From an uncultured Clostridia bacterium (lineage in GTDB: Bacteria; Bacillota; Clostridia; TANB77; CAG-508): a DNA stretch of 64,000 bases. Position numbers and translations under genes: made by a program. Below are positions 1 through 10,861 of this stretch, piece after piece. Under the pieces are notes generated by a model. It worked only from the letters and a program-made list of their open reading frames with translations. It had not been told where the DNA came from and ran no database searches. The DNA lies in NCBI GenBank assembly GCA_947625685.1, contig CANQPK010000004.1:770-64769 (forward strand). The letters run 5' to 3'. Every line of letters starts with the position of its first letter. Position 1 is the first letter of the stretch.

Positions 1-54
1 TTCTTTATTTTTTAAATTAAAATTTAATTTCATAATATTCGCCTCTACAAATTA

Positions 55-1107
55 CTATTTATCTGATTTCGTATCTATATATTTACTTAAAGTTAATGGC
101 ATATTTCTTGGACCTCTAATTGCATTTATTCCAAATTCTTTTAATTTGACAAATGATAGCTTTCCTTCTTCATATCTTCTTATTAAATCCATTTTCATAA
201 CTTTTTGCATTTTCAAATTTTCATCTTTGTATTCATAAGGAATATTTACCTCTATTACTTTAAATTTATACATAATTGATGAATAAGGTTTTGCAACATA
301 TACATAAACAATATCATTTATTTTAATATCTGTACTTTGTTTCCACATTATTGTACTATTTTCTTTTAATGCTTTTTCTATATCAAAATATTTTGGATTT
401 GCAGGTATTATCCACTCATTTTTAGCATTATTTTTATTTGTCACCGTATATGAATAACTTTTCTCAATCAAACTCATTATATTTTCATCTGATACAGTAT
501 TATTTAATATAACCGTAATCCAGCTTTTCTTATTCATGTGATATGCCGGATAAAATCCATCTTGTTTTAGTAAATATCTTATCTCATCTGACTCTAGTTT
601 TATATTAATTATTTCAATTTCGCCAGTAGAGTTTATGCCCAATTTACTTTTGTCAATATTCATTATTATGCCATACCATTTTTTACTATCTTTATTTCTA
701 AAAGTAGCAAACCTAGGAAACTTTTCCCATTCAAATTCTGGCTTATCTCCATACTTTTCCTTTATTGCTTTTGTTATTCTATTTGATTGTTCATACATAA
801 AAGCTTCTCTAGTAAAACAATTGCTTCTAATATCTTTTAATAAATTTTTAAATTCATCTCTAACTTATCCTACAAAAGACCCTGTACTATCTTCTATACG
901 AAAATTAGTATATTCATCTCCAAAAGATAAATCATAAACTTTACCTTTAATTCTTCCAGCATTATCTATTTCAATATCTACTCTAAAAGCATTATTCATA
1001 ATATTCTTTGAATATTTATACAAAGATTTATCCTTTTTAAATCCATATTCAGATATTTTATCAAAATTAATCTTTGTTTTTCTAAATAATTCTTCTTCAA
1101 TGGTCAT
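55..1107 (-). pseudogene. MmcQ/YjbR-family protein interrupted by one in-frame TAA (865-867)
   Basis: ORFs 865..1107 and 55..798 share a frame and are joined by open sequence (GSFVG*VRDEFKNLLKDIRSNCF...). YjbR-like motifs KWYGII and YPAYHMNKKSW. Confidence 0.65.
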
Positions 1108-1149
1108 TTTTATTTTCCTTTAAATTTTACTATAATATGTGATTTAAGA

Positions 1150-2667
1150 TTAATTATTTACACCATGCTTAATCATAGGAGTGCTTGAATTAATACTACT
1201 GAATGTATATCCATTCTTTAATCCATAATCTATTATATCGCTAAGAGCATTTAAAGTTTTAGTATTTCCACTAAAATCATGCATTAATACCATATTTGCT
1301 CTATTGTGTTTTAATCCTTTAGTTACATTATTATATACTGCTTGTGATGTTTTTACATCTCCAGCATCACCAGAAGAAACATTCCAATCAAAATATTTAT
1401 ATCCTCTTGCTACTACTTCTTTAGTAAGTACTGTCATAATTCCTTTGCAGTAGTTTCTACTTACTGTATTAGAGCTTCCTCCTGGAAATCTTGTATATAT
1501 AGTATCATATCCTGTAGATTTTTTTATTTTATCTCTAAGTTTTGTAATATTATTCATATAAGCATCTACTGATGTATATATTTCTGAATATGTGTGAGAA
1601 TATCCATGAATTCCAACTGTATGTCCCTCATTTATTTCTCTCTTTACAAGTTTTTCATTTGCTGCACTATAATTTAATATAAAGAAAGTCGCTTTTACAC
1701 CTTTTGCTTTTAAAATATCTAGAATTTTTGGTGTAATACTTGAAGAAGGTCCATCATCAAATGTTAAATATATAACTCCTGTTTCACTGCTTGGATTTGT
1801 ATTTGGTGTTACACTAGGTTTACTTTCATCATAAACAACTATTGTTCTAGTCTTTTTAGCTTCATTTTCACTACTGTCTTTGACTGTATAAGTAATTTTA
1901 TACTTTCCTTCTTTAGAAGTATCTACTTTTCCGCTAGTTTTAATTGCATCTGTTAATTCTCCATCAATTTCGTCATTAGCAGTTGCCCCTTGTTCTGTAT
2001 ATTTATCATTTAATTTAATATAAATTGTAGAATCTCCTTTTAATTTTATTACAGGTGCTACTTCATCTATTAATTCTACTGTTCTTTCTGCAGTTGATAC
2101 ATTATGAGAACTATCTTCTACTGTATAGATTAGTTTATATTCTTTTTCATTAACCTCTTCCTTAGTAACTGTAACGTTATCATACAAATCCTCGTCAGAA
2201 TTATCTGTAACTGCATATCCTGCTTCCTCATATTCTTTATTGTATGATATTTTTTCTATTTCGTTTCCCTCTAATGTAATAACTGGTGCAGTAGTATCTA
2301 CTATCTCAATTGTCTGTTCTTTAGTATAATTGCCAAATAAAGTAGGAATTACATATTCTACTTTATAATTTCCAACCTTATTAAAATCTACTTCTCCATT
2401 AATTTGAACTTTATCACTTACATTAAGAAAATGATAGTATGCTTGTACTATATCTAAATTTTCATGAGTTTTTACTTCGTAACTAATACTATCTGTTACG
2501 CTTACAATAGGTTTTTCTAATGCAAAAGTTATTCCAAGTGCTAAAGCAAAAATGGCTGAAACTATTATAATATATTTTTTTAATCCACTAAGTTTTTTTA
2601 CTTTATAAAGTATTATTAAAGTAGTTATAATTAATACATAAAAAATTAATTCAAATAAATACCACAT
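1150..2667 (-). CDS. Membrane-anchored polysaccharide deacetylase (NodB/CE4) with Ig-like (DUF5011-type) repeats
   Basis: N-terminal TM helices, DTTAPVITL/DEVAPVIKL repeats, CE4 motifs LTFDDGP, HGYSH, RFPGG, LMHD. Confidence 0.88.
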   Translation of the reverse strand: MWYLFELIFYVLIITTLIILYKVKKLSGLKKYIIIVSAIFALALGITFALEKPIVSVTDSISYEVKTHENLDIVQAYYHFLNVSDKVQINGEVDFNKVGNYKVEYVIPTLFGNYTKEQTIEIVDTTAPVITLEGNEIEKISYNKEYEEAGYAVTDNSDEDLYDNVTVTKEEVNEKEYKLIYTVEDSSHNVSTAERTVELIDEVAPVIKLKGDSTIYIKLNDKYTEQGATANDEIDGELTDAIKTSGKVDTSKEGKYKITYTVKDSSENEAKKTRTIVVYDESKPSVTPNTNPSSETGVIYLTFDDGPSSSITPKILDILKAKGVKATFFILNYSAANEKLVKREINEGHTVGIHGYSHTYSEIYTSVDAYMNNITKLRDKIKKSTGYDTIYTRFPGGSSNTVSRNYCKGIMTVLTKEVVARGYKYFDWNVSSGDAGDVKTSQAVYNNVTKGLKHNRANMVLMHDFSGNTKTLNALSDIIDYGLKNGYTFSSINSSTPMIKHGVNN

Positions 2668-2709
2668 TTTTTATTGCCCCTTTTAATGATTTACTGATAC
2701 ATCTATTTT

Positions 2710-3775
2710 TTATTTTAATTCATTTGTCATTTTTATAATTTCTTCTTTCAGGGTTTTAATTATTTCTTGTTGTTTTACTTTTTTTATAATCTTCCCTTTC
2801 TTAAATAATAGCCCTTCATCAATTCCCCCTGCAATTCCTATGTCAGCATTTTTTGCTTCTCCTGGTCCATTTACTGCACATCCCATTACTGCAACTGTAA
2901 TATTTTTATCTATCCCTTGCAAAAACTCTTCTACTTCTTTTGCAATTGGGATCAAATCTATTTGAGTTCTTCCGCAAGTAGGACAAGCAATTAGTTTAGG
3001 AGATTTATTATATAAATTGCAATCTTTTAATATTTCTTTTGCAACCTTTATTTCTTCTACTGGATTATCTGACAAAGATACCCTCATTGTATCTCCTATT
3101 CCTTGCCTTAGCAAAGTTCCAAGCCCTATACTTGATTTTATCGTTCCACTAAATGCTGTTCCCGCTTCTGTAATTCCTAAATGCAAAGGATAATCAAATG
3201 CTTTGCTTGCTTCTTCATAGGCTGCTATACATAAGTCTAAATCTGATGCTTTCAGTGAAAGACAAATATCATAAAAATTCAATTTTTCTAATATTTCTAT
3301 ATGCCTTCTTGCACTCTCAATCATTCCTTTGGCAGTTGGTTTGCCATCTACTAATAAATCTTTTTCGAGTGATCCACCATTTACACCTATTCGTATTGGT
3401 ATTTTATGCATTTTGCAAGCTTCTACAACTTTTTTCACTCGATCTTCTTGTCCAATATTTCCTGGATTTATGCGAATCTTATCTACACCACTTTCAATTG
3501 CTTCTAATGCTATTCTATAGTCAAAATGTATATCTGCAACAATTGGAATATGTATTTTTTTCTTTATTCCTTTTATTGCCTTTGCATCTTCTATATCTAG
3601 CGAGGCAACCCTTACCATTTCACATCCTGCGTTTTCTAATTCTAGTATTTGACTTACTGTCGCTCCGTATGTCTTTTGTCTTTGTGTTTGTCATAGATTG
3701 TATCACTACTTTATCTTGTCCACCTATTTGTAAATCTTTTACCATTATTTTTCTAGTTTCAGTTCTTTTATTCAT
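2710..3775 (-). CDS. ispG: 4-hydroxy-3-methylbut-2-en-1-yl diphosphate synthase, needs +1 shift at CGGA 3664-3667
   Basis: IQSMTNTKT in the upstream frame. After skipping C3667 it reads [21 protein letters not shown] into [38 protein letters not shown] before ATG 3775. Confidence 0.92.
3664..3667 (-). other. CGG(A) +1 recoding site in ispG
   Basis: GAC ATA CGG AGC... ; skipping C gives GGA GCG ACA GTA in the frame of ORF 2710..3618. Confidence 0.8.
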
Positions 3776-3791
3776 ATAATAAATATTCTCC

Positions 3792-5306
3792 TTATTTTTC
3801 TTGTTCATCTGATATTACATCTTTATTTTGTTCTTCCTTATCTTTTGTTTGTTGTAATATGCTATCGCAGACTGCTTCTAGAATTATAGGAGTTGCTATT
3901 TCATCTTTACTATACAAAGTTTTATTTTTTGCAGCAATATCTGATTCTATAGCTTTTATATCAATATTTGTTGTATCTATATTATCTGGCATAAAATCAT
4001 CCAGTTCTTTTATATATCCTAATTGCGTTCCTTCTAAACTTTCTAGCATTTCTTGATACTCTTGAGGTATCTTAATGCCTTCAGCTGATAGACGCTCAAA
4101 TAATATAGGTAATCCTTTCATATTATCTCCAAATGCTGAACCGATTACAGTATCTATAGTTGGATAGCAATTACTAAAATTGCTTAATTGTTCTATTATA
4201 TCTCTTTTTTGCTCTTTATTAGAAATTAGTCCATTTCTTTTTATTAATCCTAATATAGAGACTGTTTTATTTATAGCTTCTAGCATTTTTTCATTTGATG
4301 AATATTCAGTATATGAATGAGCTGCAAAGGTAAGTCCTTCTTTTGTCATTATATCTTTGTATTGTTCGTCTGATTTAGAATCTGACCAAGACCACATTCC
4401 CACATCTTCATACTTGTATCCTAAATTTGAAACTAAAGTATCTGCATATCCTGTTACATTTGGTCCATCATACTCTATGATACTTGCTTCTGGACAAGCT
4501 TTTCTTGCTTTTTCCATTTCTCCTTTTGGACATAATATCCAACTGCCACTTGATAAGTCTACTCCGCCTTTTGTAAATGTATCTGATGCCGCCGCCTCTT
4601 TTATCTGCGATCTTGGTATGTCGTCGAAAGGAACTAAAATTGCGTATTTGCAATCATCCCATTGTCCATAGGCATGTGATGATACTTCTCCATTTACTGA
4701 AAAATGAACAGTATCTCTTTCTACTTCATAAGAATATGTATATTCTTCTCCATTTAAAGTAACTTTGTCTGTTCTTGTAGCCTGTGCTTCCTTTGTTGAT
4801 TGAAGTTTTGAATCTTTAGGAAGGTAATTTCCCTTGTGCACCAAAATAAAGTCTTGGGTTCCTTGATAATCTTCAGATCTTTGAATTATATGCTTGTCCT
4901 CTTCTCTTAGTACAACTTCTGCACCATTACTTTTTAAAAATTCAATTGCACTTTGAAAATCAAACCCCATATCTTCTAATGTTCTCTTTTTTAATTCCTT
5001 TGTATAACCTTCTAATGCAAATTGTTTGATTCCTCTATCTTTTTGTTTTTTCAATAATTCAACTTTAAGGTTTCCTAGTAAACTTTCTTGGTTGCTTTCT
5101 TCTATTTTTTGATTAAAATATTCTTTATATGCTCTTCTTTGTGTAATATGCTTTTGTATCCAGCTAAACTGTCTATATGGTATTAATTGTTTTTTACTTT
5201 CTAATTCTTCTATTTGTTTTTGTAAAGTTTCTAATTCTTCTTCTGTTGGTATTTGTAATTCTTCTTCTTTTTCTTTTATTTTTATCTCTTTTATTTCTCT
5301 TAGCAT
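3792..5306 (-). CDS. Hypothetical protein with N-terminal coiled coil
   Basis: 504-aa ORF with host-like codon usage, no family recognised. Confidence 0.75.
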   Translation of the reverse strand: MLREIKEIKIKEKEEELQIPTEEELETLQKQIEELESKKQLIPYRQFSWIQKHITQRRAYKEYFNQKIEESNQESLLGNLKVELLKKQKDRGIKQFALEGYTKELKKRTLEDMGFDFQSAIEFLKSNGAEVVLREEDKHIIQRSEDYQGTQDFILVHKGNYLPKDSKLQSTKEAQATRTDKVTLNGEEYTYSYEVERDTVHFSVNGEVSSHAYGQWDDCKYAILVPFDDIPRSQIKEAAASDTFTKGGVDLSSGSWILCPKGEMEKARKACPEASIIEYDGPNVTGYADTLVSNLGYKYEDVGMWSWSDSKSDEQYKDIMTKEGLTFAAHSYTEYSSNEKMLEAINKTVSILGLIKRNGLISNKEQKRDIIEQLSNFSNCYPTIDTVIGSAFGDNMKGLPILFERLSAEGIKIPQEYQEMLESLEGTQLGYIKELDDFMPDNIDTTNIDIKAIESDIAAKNKTLYSKDEIATPIILEAVCDSILQQTKDKEEQNKDVISDEQEK

Positions 5307-5309
5307 TTT

Positions 5310-5741
5310 TTACTCCTTCATCATACATTTTACATTAATGTTATATATTCCTTCTTTTCCTAATGGTTTTTTTATTAAAATTCCATATTTTTCATAACAC
5401 TTAATATCTTCATGTTCATATTGTATAATGCTTTCATATATTTTTCCTAAGATGTAGTTTTCATCTGTAAACTTTAATTCCTTATATGGATTCTCTGTGT
5501 CTTCCAGAGGAGCTATATCTTTAATTTTAGGTATCTCATTTGAGTTTGTGTTTTGCTTTTTTATATATACTTTAAAGAATATATCGTAAAACTGTGGTAC
5601 GTAAAATGTAATAGATATCTCGTCTTCTGATATTTTCTGTTCTTCAATATAATACCTATTTTTACATACTGTTTTTGCAAAATCATCAAATGCCTCTTTT
5701 AAAATATTTAATAACTTTTCTTCTTTTGAATCTTCTTTCAT
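5310..5741 (-). CDS. Hypothetical protein
   Basis: 143-aa ORF, RBS AAGGA, operon-like spacing. Confidence 0.7.
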   Translation of the reverse strand: MKEDSKEEKLLNILKEAFDDFAKTVCKNRYYIEEQKISEDEISITFYVPQFYDIFFKVYIKKQNTNSNEIPKIKDIAPLEDTENPYKELKFTDENYILGKIYESIIQYEHEDIKCYEKYGILIKKPLGKEGIYNINVKCMMKE

Positions 5742-5769
5742 TTTTTCCTTTTCTATAAATTTATTTTAT

Positions 5770-7759
5770 TTATTTAATTTCCCAATTCATAGCCTTCCAA
5801 AGTACTCTATAAAAATCATTTTCAAGCATAAGTTTTGATATTTGATATTTATTGTATATCATTGAATTAATTCTTTCAACATATTCATCTATATTAAAAT
5901 CTTCACCTAATTCTTTTGACGGTTCAAATTTTTTTGTTATACTTGAATATTTACCGCTCTTCTGTTATGAAACTTCTATTTGAATATATAATAAGTGGAG
6001 AAGCTGTTGAAAGTAAATCTCTTCCCATAAGAAGTCTTGAATCAAACTCTACTCCAAATAAATTTAACATAGTAGGTAATAAGTCTAAACTGCTTGATAA
6101 TTTATCGACCTTCACAGGTTCTTTCATTTCACTATTCCAGATTAAGGCAGTAGAGTGATGTTTTTCAAATGTATCATCTCTTTCATAATCTGATAATTCG
6201 TTTATCTCATCTAAGTTCAATCCGTAAGGATAATGGTCTCCACTAATTAAAATAACTGTATTTTCTAGCTCGCCTGCCTCTTTCAATCTCTCAATTAAAA
6301 GTTCTACTGCCCTATCTAATTCTAATTGTGCTGCTAGATACCCTTTTGCTCTTGTTGAATATTTTAGATCCTTAACAATATCCCAATTTTTTCTTACAAT
6401 CGTATTTCCCGTAGGTGTATACTCTAAGTGACCACTTACAGTCATATAGTATGTGATAAATTTACTGCCATTTTCTTTTAGATAATCCTTTGTTGTAACA
6501 TCTATCATATCTATATCACTGCTTGGCCAGTTCTTTAAATTCATCCTTTTTTCTAGTCCCGTACCTTTTGCTAAATATGAATTATATCCCATAGCTTTCA
6601 TGTATTTATCTCTACTATAGTATGTAGCCGTATGGTCGTGATATGCCTGTGAAGAATATCCTTGCCCTTCAAATATATTAGCATAAGAATATGGCATATA
6701 ATTTCCATCTAATACTTTTAAGCTCCATACTCCTTCTTTTGGAATCAAAGATGTGTCTGTCATATATTCTCCGTCTGCTGTACTTACTGGAAATAGAGGT
6801 GTATAGAAATTATCAAATTGGAATCCTTCTGAATATAGTTTGTATAGAGTTGGCGTAATTTCTTCATCAATTGCTAAATCCGTAAATGCTTCTGCAACAA
6901 ATACAACTAAATTTTTTCCTTCAAACATTCCTGTATATTCATTTTTGTTACTTGGAGATGCAGTTTTCATATATTCATATATTGTTTTTATTTTACTGTT
7001 CTTTTCATTTTGTATTAAATTATCCCAATTAATATCTAATTCATTGTATTCTACCTTTTCTTCTAGTTTAGGATTTTCATTTCCAAAGTCACTATCTTCT
7101 ACATCTAAATTCATGACTTCTGATATATTTTCTTCAAATCCAAATAATAATCTTTGCAAATCTAGTCTCATTGTAGTCATTATTCCCATTTTGTTTGCTG
7201 AAAGTGTTGGTGAATTTACATTATAATATAAGTTTTTGTTTGAATATAAATCAGATGAATTTGAAAATGTTAAACATGTCAAGCCTATTATTTGTGCTAA
7301 TATAGCAATACAAGATGCAATCAATCTTTCTTTTATCTCTATTTTTTCAAAATCTAATATTCTAAATTTGTGAAGTATAATTAATGCTATTAGTGGAAGT
7401 ATCATAAGTAAAATTATATACCAGTTATTTAATGCCACTTCAAATATTGTTTTTGAAAATTGCCATATTTGTCCCATTGCATTCGTTGCTGAGTAGAAAG
7501 ATATTATCGCCTGATATATTCTATAATAAATTAATTGTGCTATAAATATTGAAATAATTAGTATTGTAGCCAAGTATGTTGCAAATATATTCCATTTTCT
7601 TCCTATTGTACTTATTAGATATAAAACTACTGCTATCGGAGTAGAAAATAATATTACATAACCTATATTTGAAATTGTCCCAAATATGCTTGCTGAAAAT
7701 ATTATTTCTTCATAAACTATTAATAATATTAAAAATAATAAGCTTTTCCACTTTTTCAT
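5770..7759 (-). CDS. LTA synthase / sulfatase-family membrane protein, last 61 aa need +1 shift at CGGT 5953-5956
   Basis: Several N-terminal TM helices, then NLVVFVAEAF, STADGEY, TVSGH, ISGDH. ORF ends GAG CGG TAA. The +1 frame continues GKYSSITKKFEPS...ENDFYRVLWKAMNWEIK* to 5770 and fills the gap to the next gene. Confidence 0.85.
5953..5956 (-). other. CGG(T) +1 recoding site in LTA synthase-like gene
   Basis: GAA GAG CGG TAA ; skipping C gives GGT AAA TAT, open for 61 codons. Confidence 0.75.
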
Positions 7760-7807
7760 TTTATTTTCCCTCTTATTACTATATATGCTTTATAGCTATT
7801 TTATTAT

Positions 7808-8686
7808 TTAAACTTCTATTAATTCATATTCTTTATTTCCGATTCCCAAATCATATGCTGCATCTATTGTATGGGTTCCTTGTCTTGAGTTTATTCTTTC
7901 TAATAAATGATCTTTTCCTGGATCATCTGATTTTTTTACTAAATCTATACAAGCTTGATCTATTGCAACTGGGTCTAAAGAAGCTAATATTCCGATATCT
8001 TTCATGCAAGGGTCTTCTGCTACATTGCAACAGTCACAGTCTACTGACATATTGCACATAACATTAATATATGCTATGTTCTCTCCGAAAAATTTTACAA
8101 CTGATGAAGCAGCATCAGCCATTGATTCTAGGAATTTTATTTGATCAGTTCTAAACATATCTTCATAAGATCCGTTCTCTGCTCCTGCACAGTGAATATA
8201 TCTTTTTCCTTTACCTGAAGCAACACCTATTGATAATTGTTTTAGTGCTCCTCCATATCCTCCCATTGGATGACCTTTAAAATGTGAAAGAACTAACATC
8301 GAATCATAATTTTTTAAATTTTTACCAACATAATTTTTCTTAATGACTTTTCCATCTGGTATTTCTAAAATATCATCTGGTCCCTCTCCATCCATAATAT
8401 CTACTGTAAAATATTTAGACCATTCATGACTTTCCATTAATTTTATATGCTTTTCTGTTGTATCTCTTGCTCCATCATATGCAGTATTACACTCAACTAC
8501 TGTTCCATTAAGGTACTCTACCATAGGTTTTACAAATTGAGGACGAAGATAGTTTTGATTTCCCTCTTCTCCAGAATGAAGCTTAATAGCAACTTTTCCT
8601 GGTAAATTTTTATTTAGCATTTTAAACATTTTTACTACACTTTCAGGTGTAAGATCTTTTGTAAAATATACTTTAGATTTTGACAT
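7808..8686 (-). CDS. DUF362-family Fe-S protein
   Basis: VAIKLHSGE, SHFKGH, GGALKQL, DCDC, DPVAIDQA motifs. Confidence 0.82.
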   Translation of the reverse strand: MSKSKVYFTKDLTPESVVKMFKMLNKNLPGKVAIKLHSGEEGNQNYLRPQFVKPMVEYLNGTVVECNTAYDGARDTTEKHIKLMESHEWSKYFTVDIMDGEGPDDILEIPDGKVIKKNYVGKNLKNYDSMLVLSHFKGHPMGGYGGALKQLSIGVASGKGKRYIHCAGAENGSYEDMFRTDQIKFLESMADAASSVVKFFGENIAYINVMCNMSVDCDCCNVAEDPCMKDIGILASLDPVAIDQACIDLVKKSDDPGKDHLLERINSRQGTHTIDAAYDLGIGNKEYELIEV

Positions 8687-8787
8687 ACATATCAATCCTT
8701 TCTATTTAATTAAATATCCTATTATCTCTATATATAATATACATTTATAAACTAATTTAGTCAAGTATTTTTGAGATTTTGTAAACT

Positions 8788-8817
8788 AAAAAGGCAATAA
8801 ATATTTATTGCCTTTTT
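8788..8817 (-). terminator. Intrinsic terminator after plsC-like gene
   Basis: Inverted repeat AAAAAGGCAATAAA / TTTATTGCCTTTTT. Confidence 0.75.
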
Positions 8818-8822
8818 AATTA

Positions 8823-9573
8823 TTATATTTTAATAATGTCTTCCATCTTTTTATGTACTTGCTCTTTTAGATTACTTGCTTTTTGTCTTTTATCTAAATT
8901 ACTTTTTTCTGCCATAATAGGTTCCAAAATAACTACTGTAACATCTTTTTTATTTTTTATTAGTTTTCTAATACCTTTTGGTTCTCTAAGTTTTAATACT
9001 ATTGGAACTATTGGCACATCATTTTCTACTGCAAAATTAAATGCACCATATTTAAAATTTCTTATTTTTTCATAATATGGCCATAAAGCTGCTTCAGGGT
9101 AAAAATGGACAATATTTCCTGATTTTACTATTCTTTCTATTGCTTTTGCAAAATTTTTCTTGTTACTTAAGCCAGTTGGTATTGGAATTGCTCTTAACAA
9201 TTTTATTAATTTCCTTACAAATGGGATTTTAAAGCTTCCTTCCCTTGTTGTATAATATATTTTTTTAAATCCACAAGATAAACCTACCATAGCACAATCC
9301 AAGATTAATATATGATTTGATACAGTTATTGCACCGTGTTTTTAGGTTCTTTATATTTTCTCTTCCCTCTATCTTTAAACCATATACTATCTTTGTCAAT
9401 ATTTTTAAAATAGGAAATGCAATTCCATAATATAGTAAATTAGAAAAAAGCGAAAATAACATTCCATCTTCTACATATTTATAGTTTTCATCTATATTAA
9501 ATTCTAATGGTTCCCATAGTTTGATTACATCTTCATTTTCTTCTACCATGCTTTCTTCATCAAGCACTTTCAT
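8823..9573 (-). CDS. 1-acyl-sn-glycerol-3-phosphate acyltransferase (PlsC family), needs +1 shift at CGGT 9333-9336
   Basis: IEGRENI upstream. The shift restores GAITVSNHILILD (catalytic NHX4D) and joins FYPE...FKYGAF...VPIVP. Confidence 0.88.
9333..9336 (-). other. CGG(T) +1 recoding site in plsC-like gene
   Basis: AAA ACA CGG TGC ; skipping C gives GGT GCA ATA ACT GTA TCA AAT CAT. Confidence 0.82.
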
Positions 9574-10693
9574 AATTTCCCCTTTGTTTATTACATTCTT
9601 TTATAATTTTATTTGATATATCATCACAAACATTTTTATTCATATATTTTATTTGATTAGCAATTATTTCCTCTTGCAGTTTTGGATTTCTTAATAATTC
9701 TTTTGTATTTTTTACCACTTCTTTTATTGTTTCGCTTTTTATAGCCATTCCTCTTTCATTAAAAAAATTTGCATTATAATTTTCACATCCTGGTATTGGC
9801 ATTGTATGAATAAATGGTTTATTCAAAATTGCTATTTCTGTTGTTGTAAGTCCTCCAGGTTTACTAAGAATAATTTCACTTGCTTTCATATATTCACTTA
9901 AATCTTTAGTAAATGGAATACTAATTATTCTATCATTATTCTTATATGTATCTTGTAAATTCTCCAATAGTTTTTTGTTATGACCACATGAAACTATAAA
10001 TGTAACATCTTTAATCTTTCCTAACAATTTTTTTACCATTTTAGTTACATTTCCAAATCCCATGCTTCCTGTTAATATCAATACATATTTTTTATTTTCA
10101 TCTAAGTTTAATTCTTTTTTGCATTCTTCTTTATCATATTCTTGTCTATATGCTTTTGCAACTGGTATTCCATAAGGTAGTATCTTATTTTTATCTATCC
10201 CTCTATTTGCAAAATCTTTCTTTAAATCTTTATTTGGTATTACAAAATAGTCTGGATTTGTTTCTTCCCAAAACGGAATACTTACATAGTCTGTACCAAT
10301 AGCAATAAAATGAATTGGATGTTTCTTTTTTATAGATGTTAGTGCCTCAGCTGCAAAAAGATGTGTTGTTACTATATAATCATATCCATTATCTACAATA
10401 TATTTATATAGTCTTTCTTTATTTAAGCTATTTAGCCCATATATTGGTGATTTCCATTTAGTTTTTTGATATAATTCTCCTAAATGATAAACTGCTTTAA
10501 AAACTTTCCCGTTTCGTTTTGTAGATTTTATATATAAACCATTAACCTGATTTTTTAACCTTGTATTTATAATACTTAAGTATTCAACAAAATCTGCTTG
10601 TATGCCTTTATCTTCTAAATCTTCTTTCACTGCTAAAGCTGCAGAATTGTGTCCTCCTCCTGTTCCACAAGATAATATTAATATTTTACTCAT
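9560..10693 (-). CDS. UgtP/MGDG-synthase-like diacylglycerol glycosyltransferase (GT28)
   Basis: GTGGGHNSAA, TDY, GIPV, SKPGGLT, IPGCE..N motifs. Confidence 0.85.
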   Translation of the reverse strand: MSKILILSCGTGGGHNSAALAVKEDLEDKGIQADFVEYLSIINTRLKNQVNGLYIKSTKRNGKVFKAVYHLGELYQKTKWKSPIYGLNSLNKERLYKYIVDNGYDYIVTTHLFAAEALTSIKKKHPIHFIAIGTDYVSIPFWEETNPDYFVIPNKDLKKDFANRGIDKNKILPYGIPVAKAYRQEYDKEECKKELNLDENKKYVLILTGSMGFGNVTKMVKKLLGKIKDVTFIVSCGHNKKLLENLQDTYKNNDRIISIPFTKDLSEYMKASEIILSKPGGLTTTEIAILNKPFIHTMPIPGCENYNANFFNERGMAIKSETIKEVVKNTKELLRNPKLQEEIIANQIKYMNKNVCDDISNKIIKECNKQRGNYESA

Positions 10694-10861
10694 CTACTCA
10701 TTCCCCTATTATTTCTTACATTTCTTCGTTTATTTTATCATTTTTTAGTATATTATCATAAAAATTAATATTTTTCAACTAATACTCTAAACATTAGAAA
10801 AGAGCCTGTAAAATAGGCCCTTTTCTATTTGTATTTTGGTAATATTTTTTGTAAATGTTAT

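Noticed and set aside
865-867. Stop-codon reassignment (TAA read-through)
   Set aside because: Single instance, and TAA is the normal terminator of most genes here.
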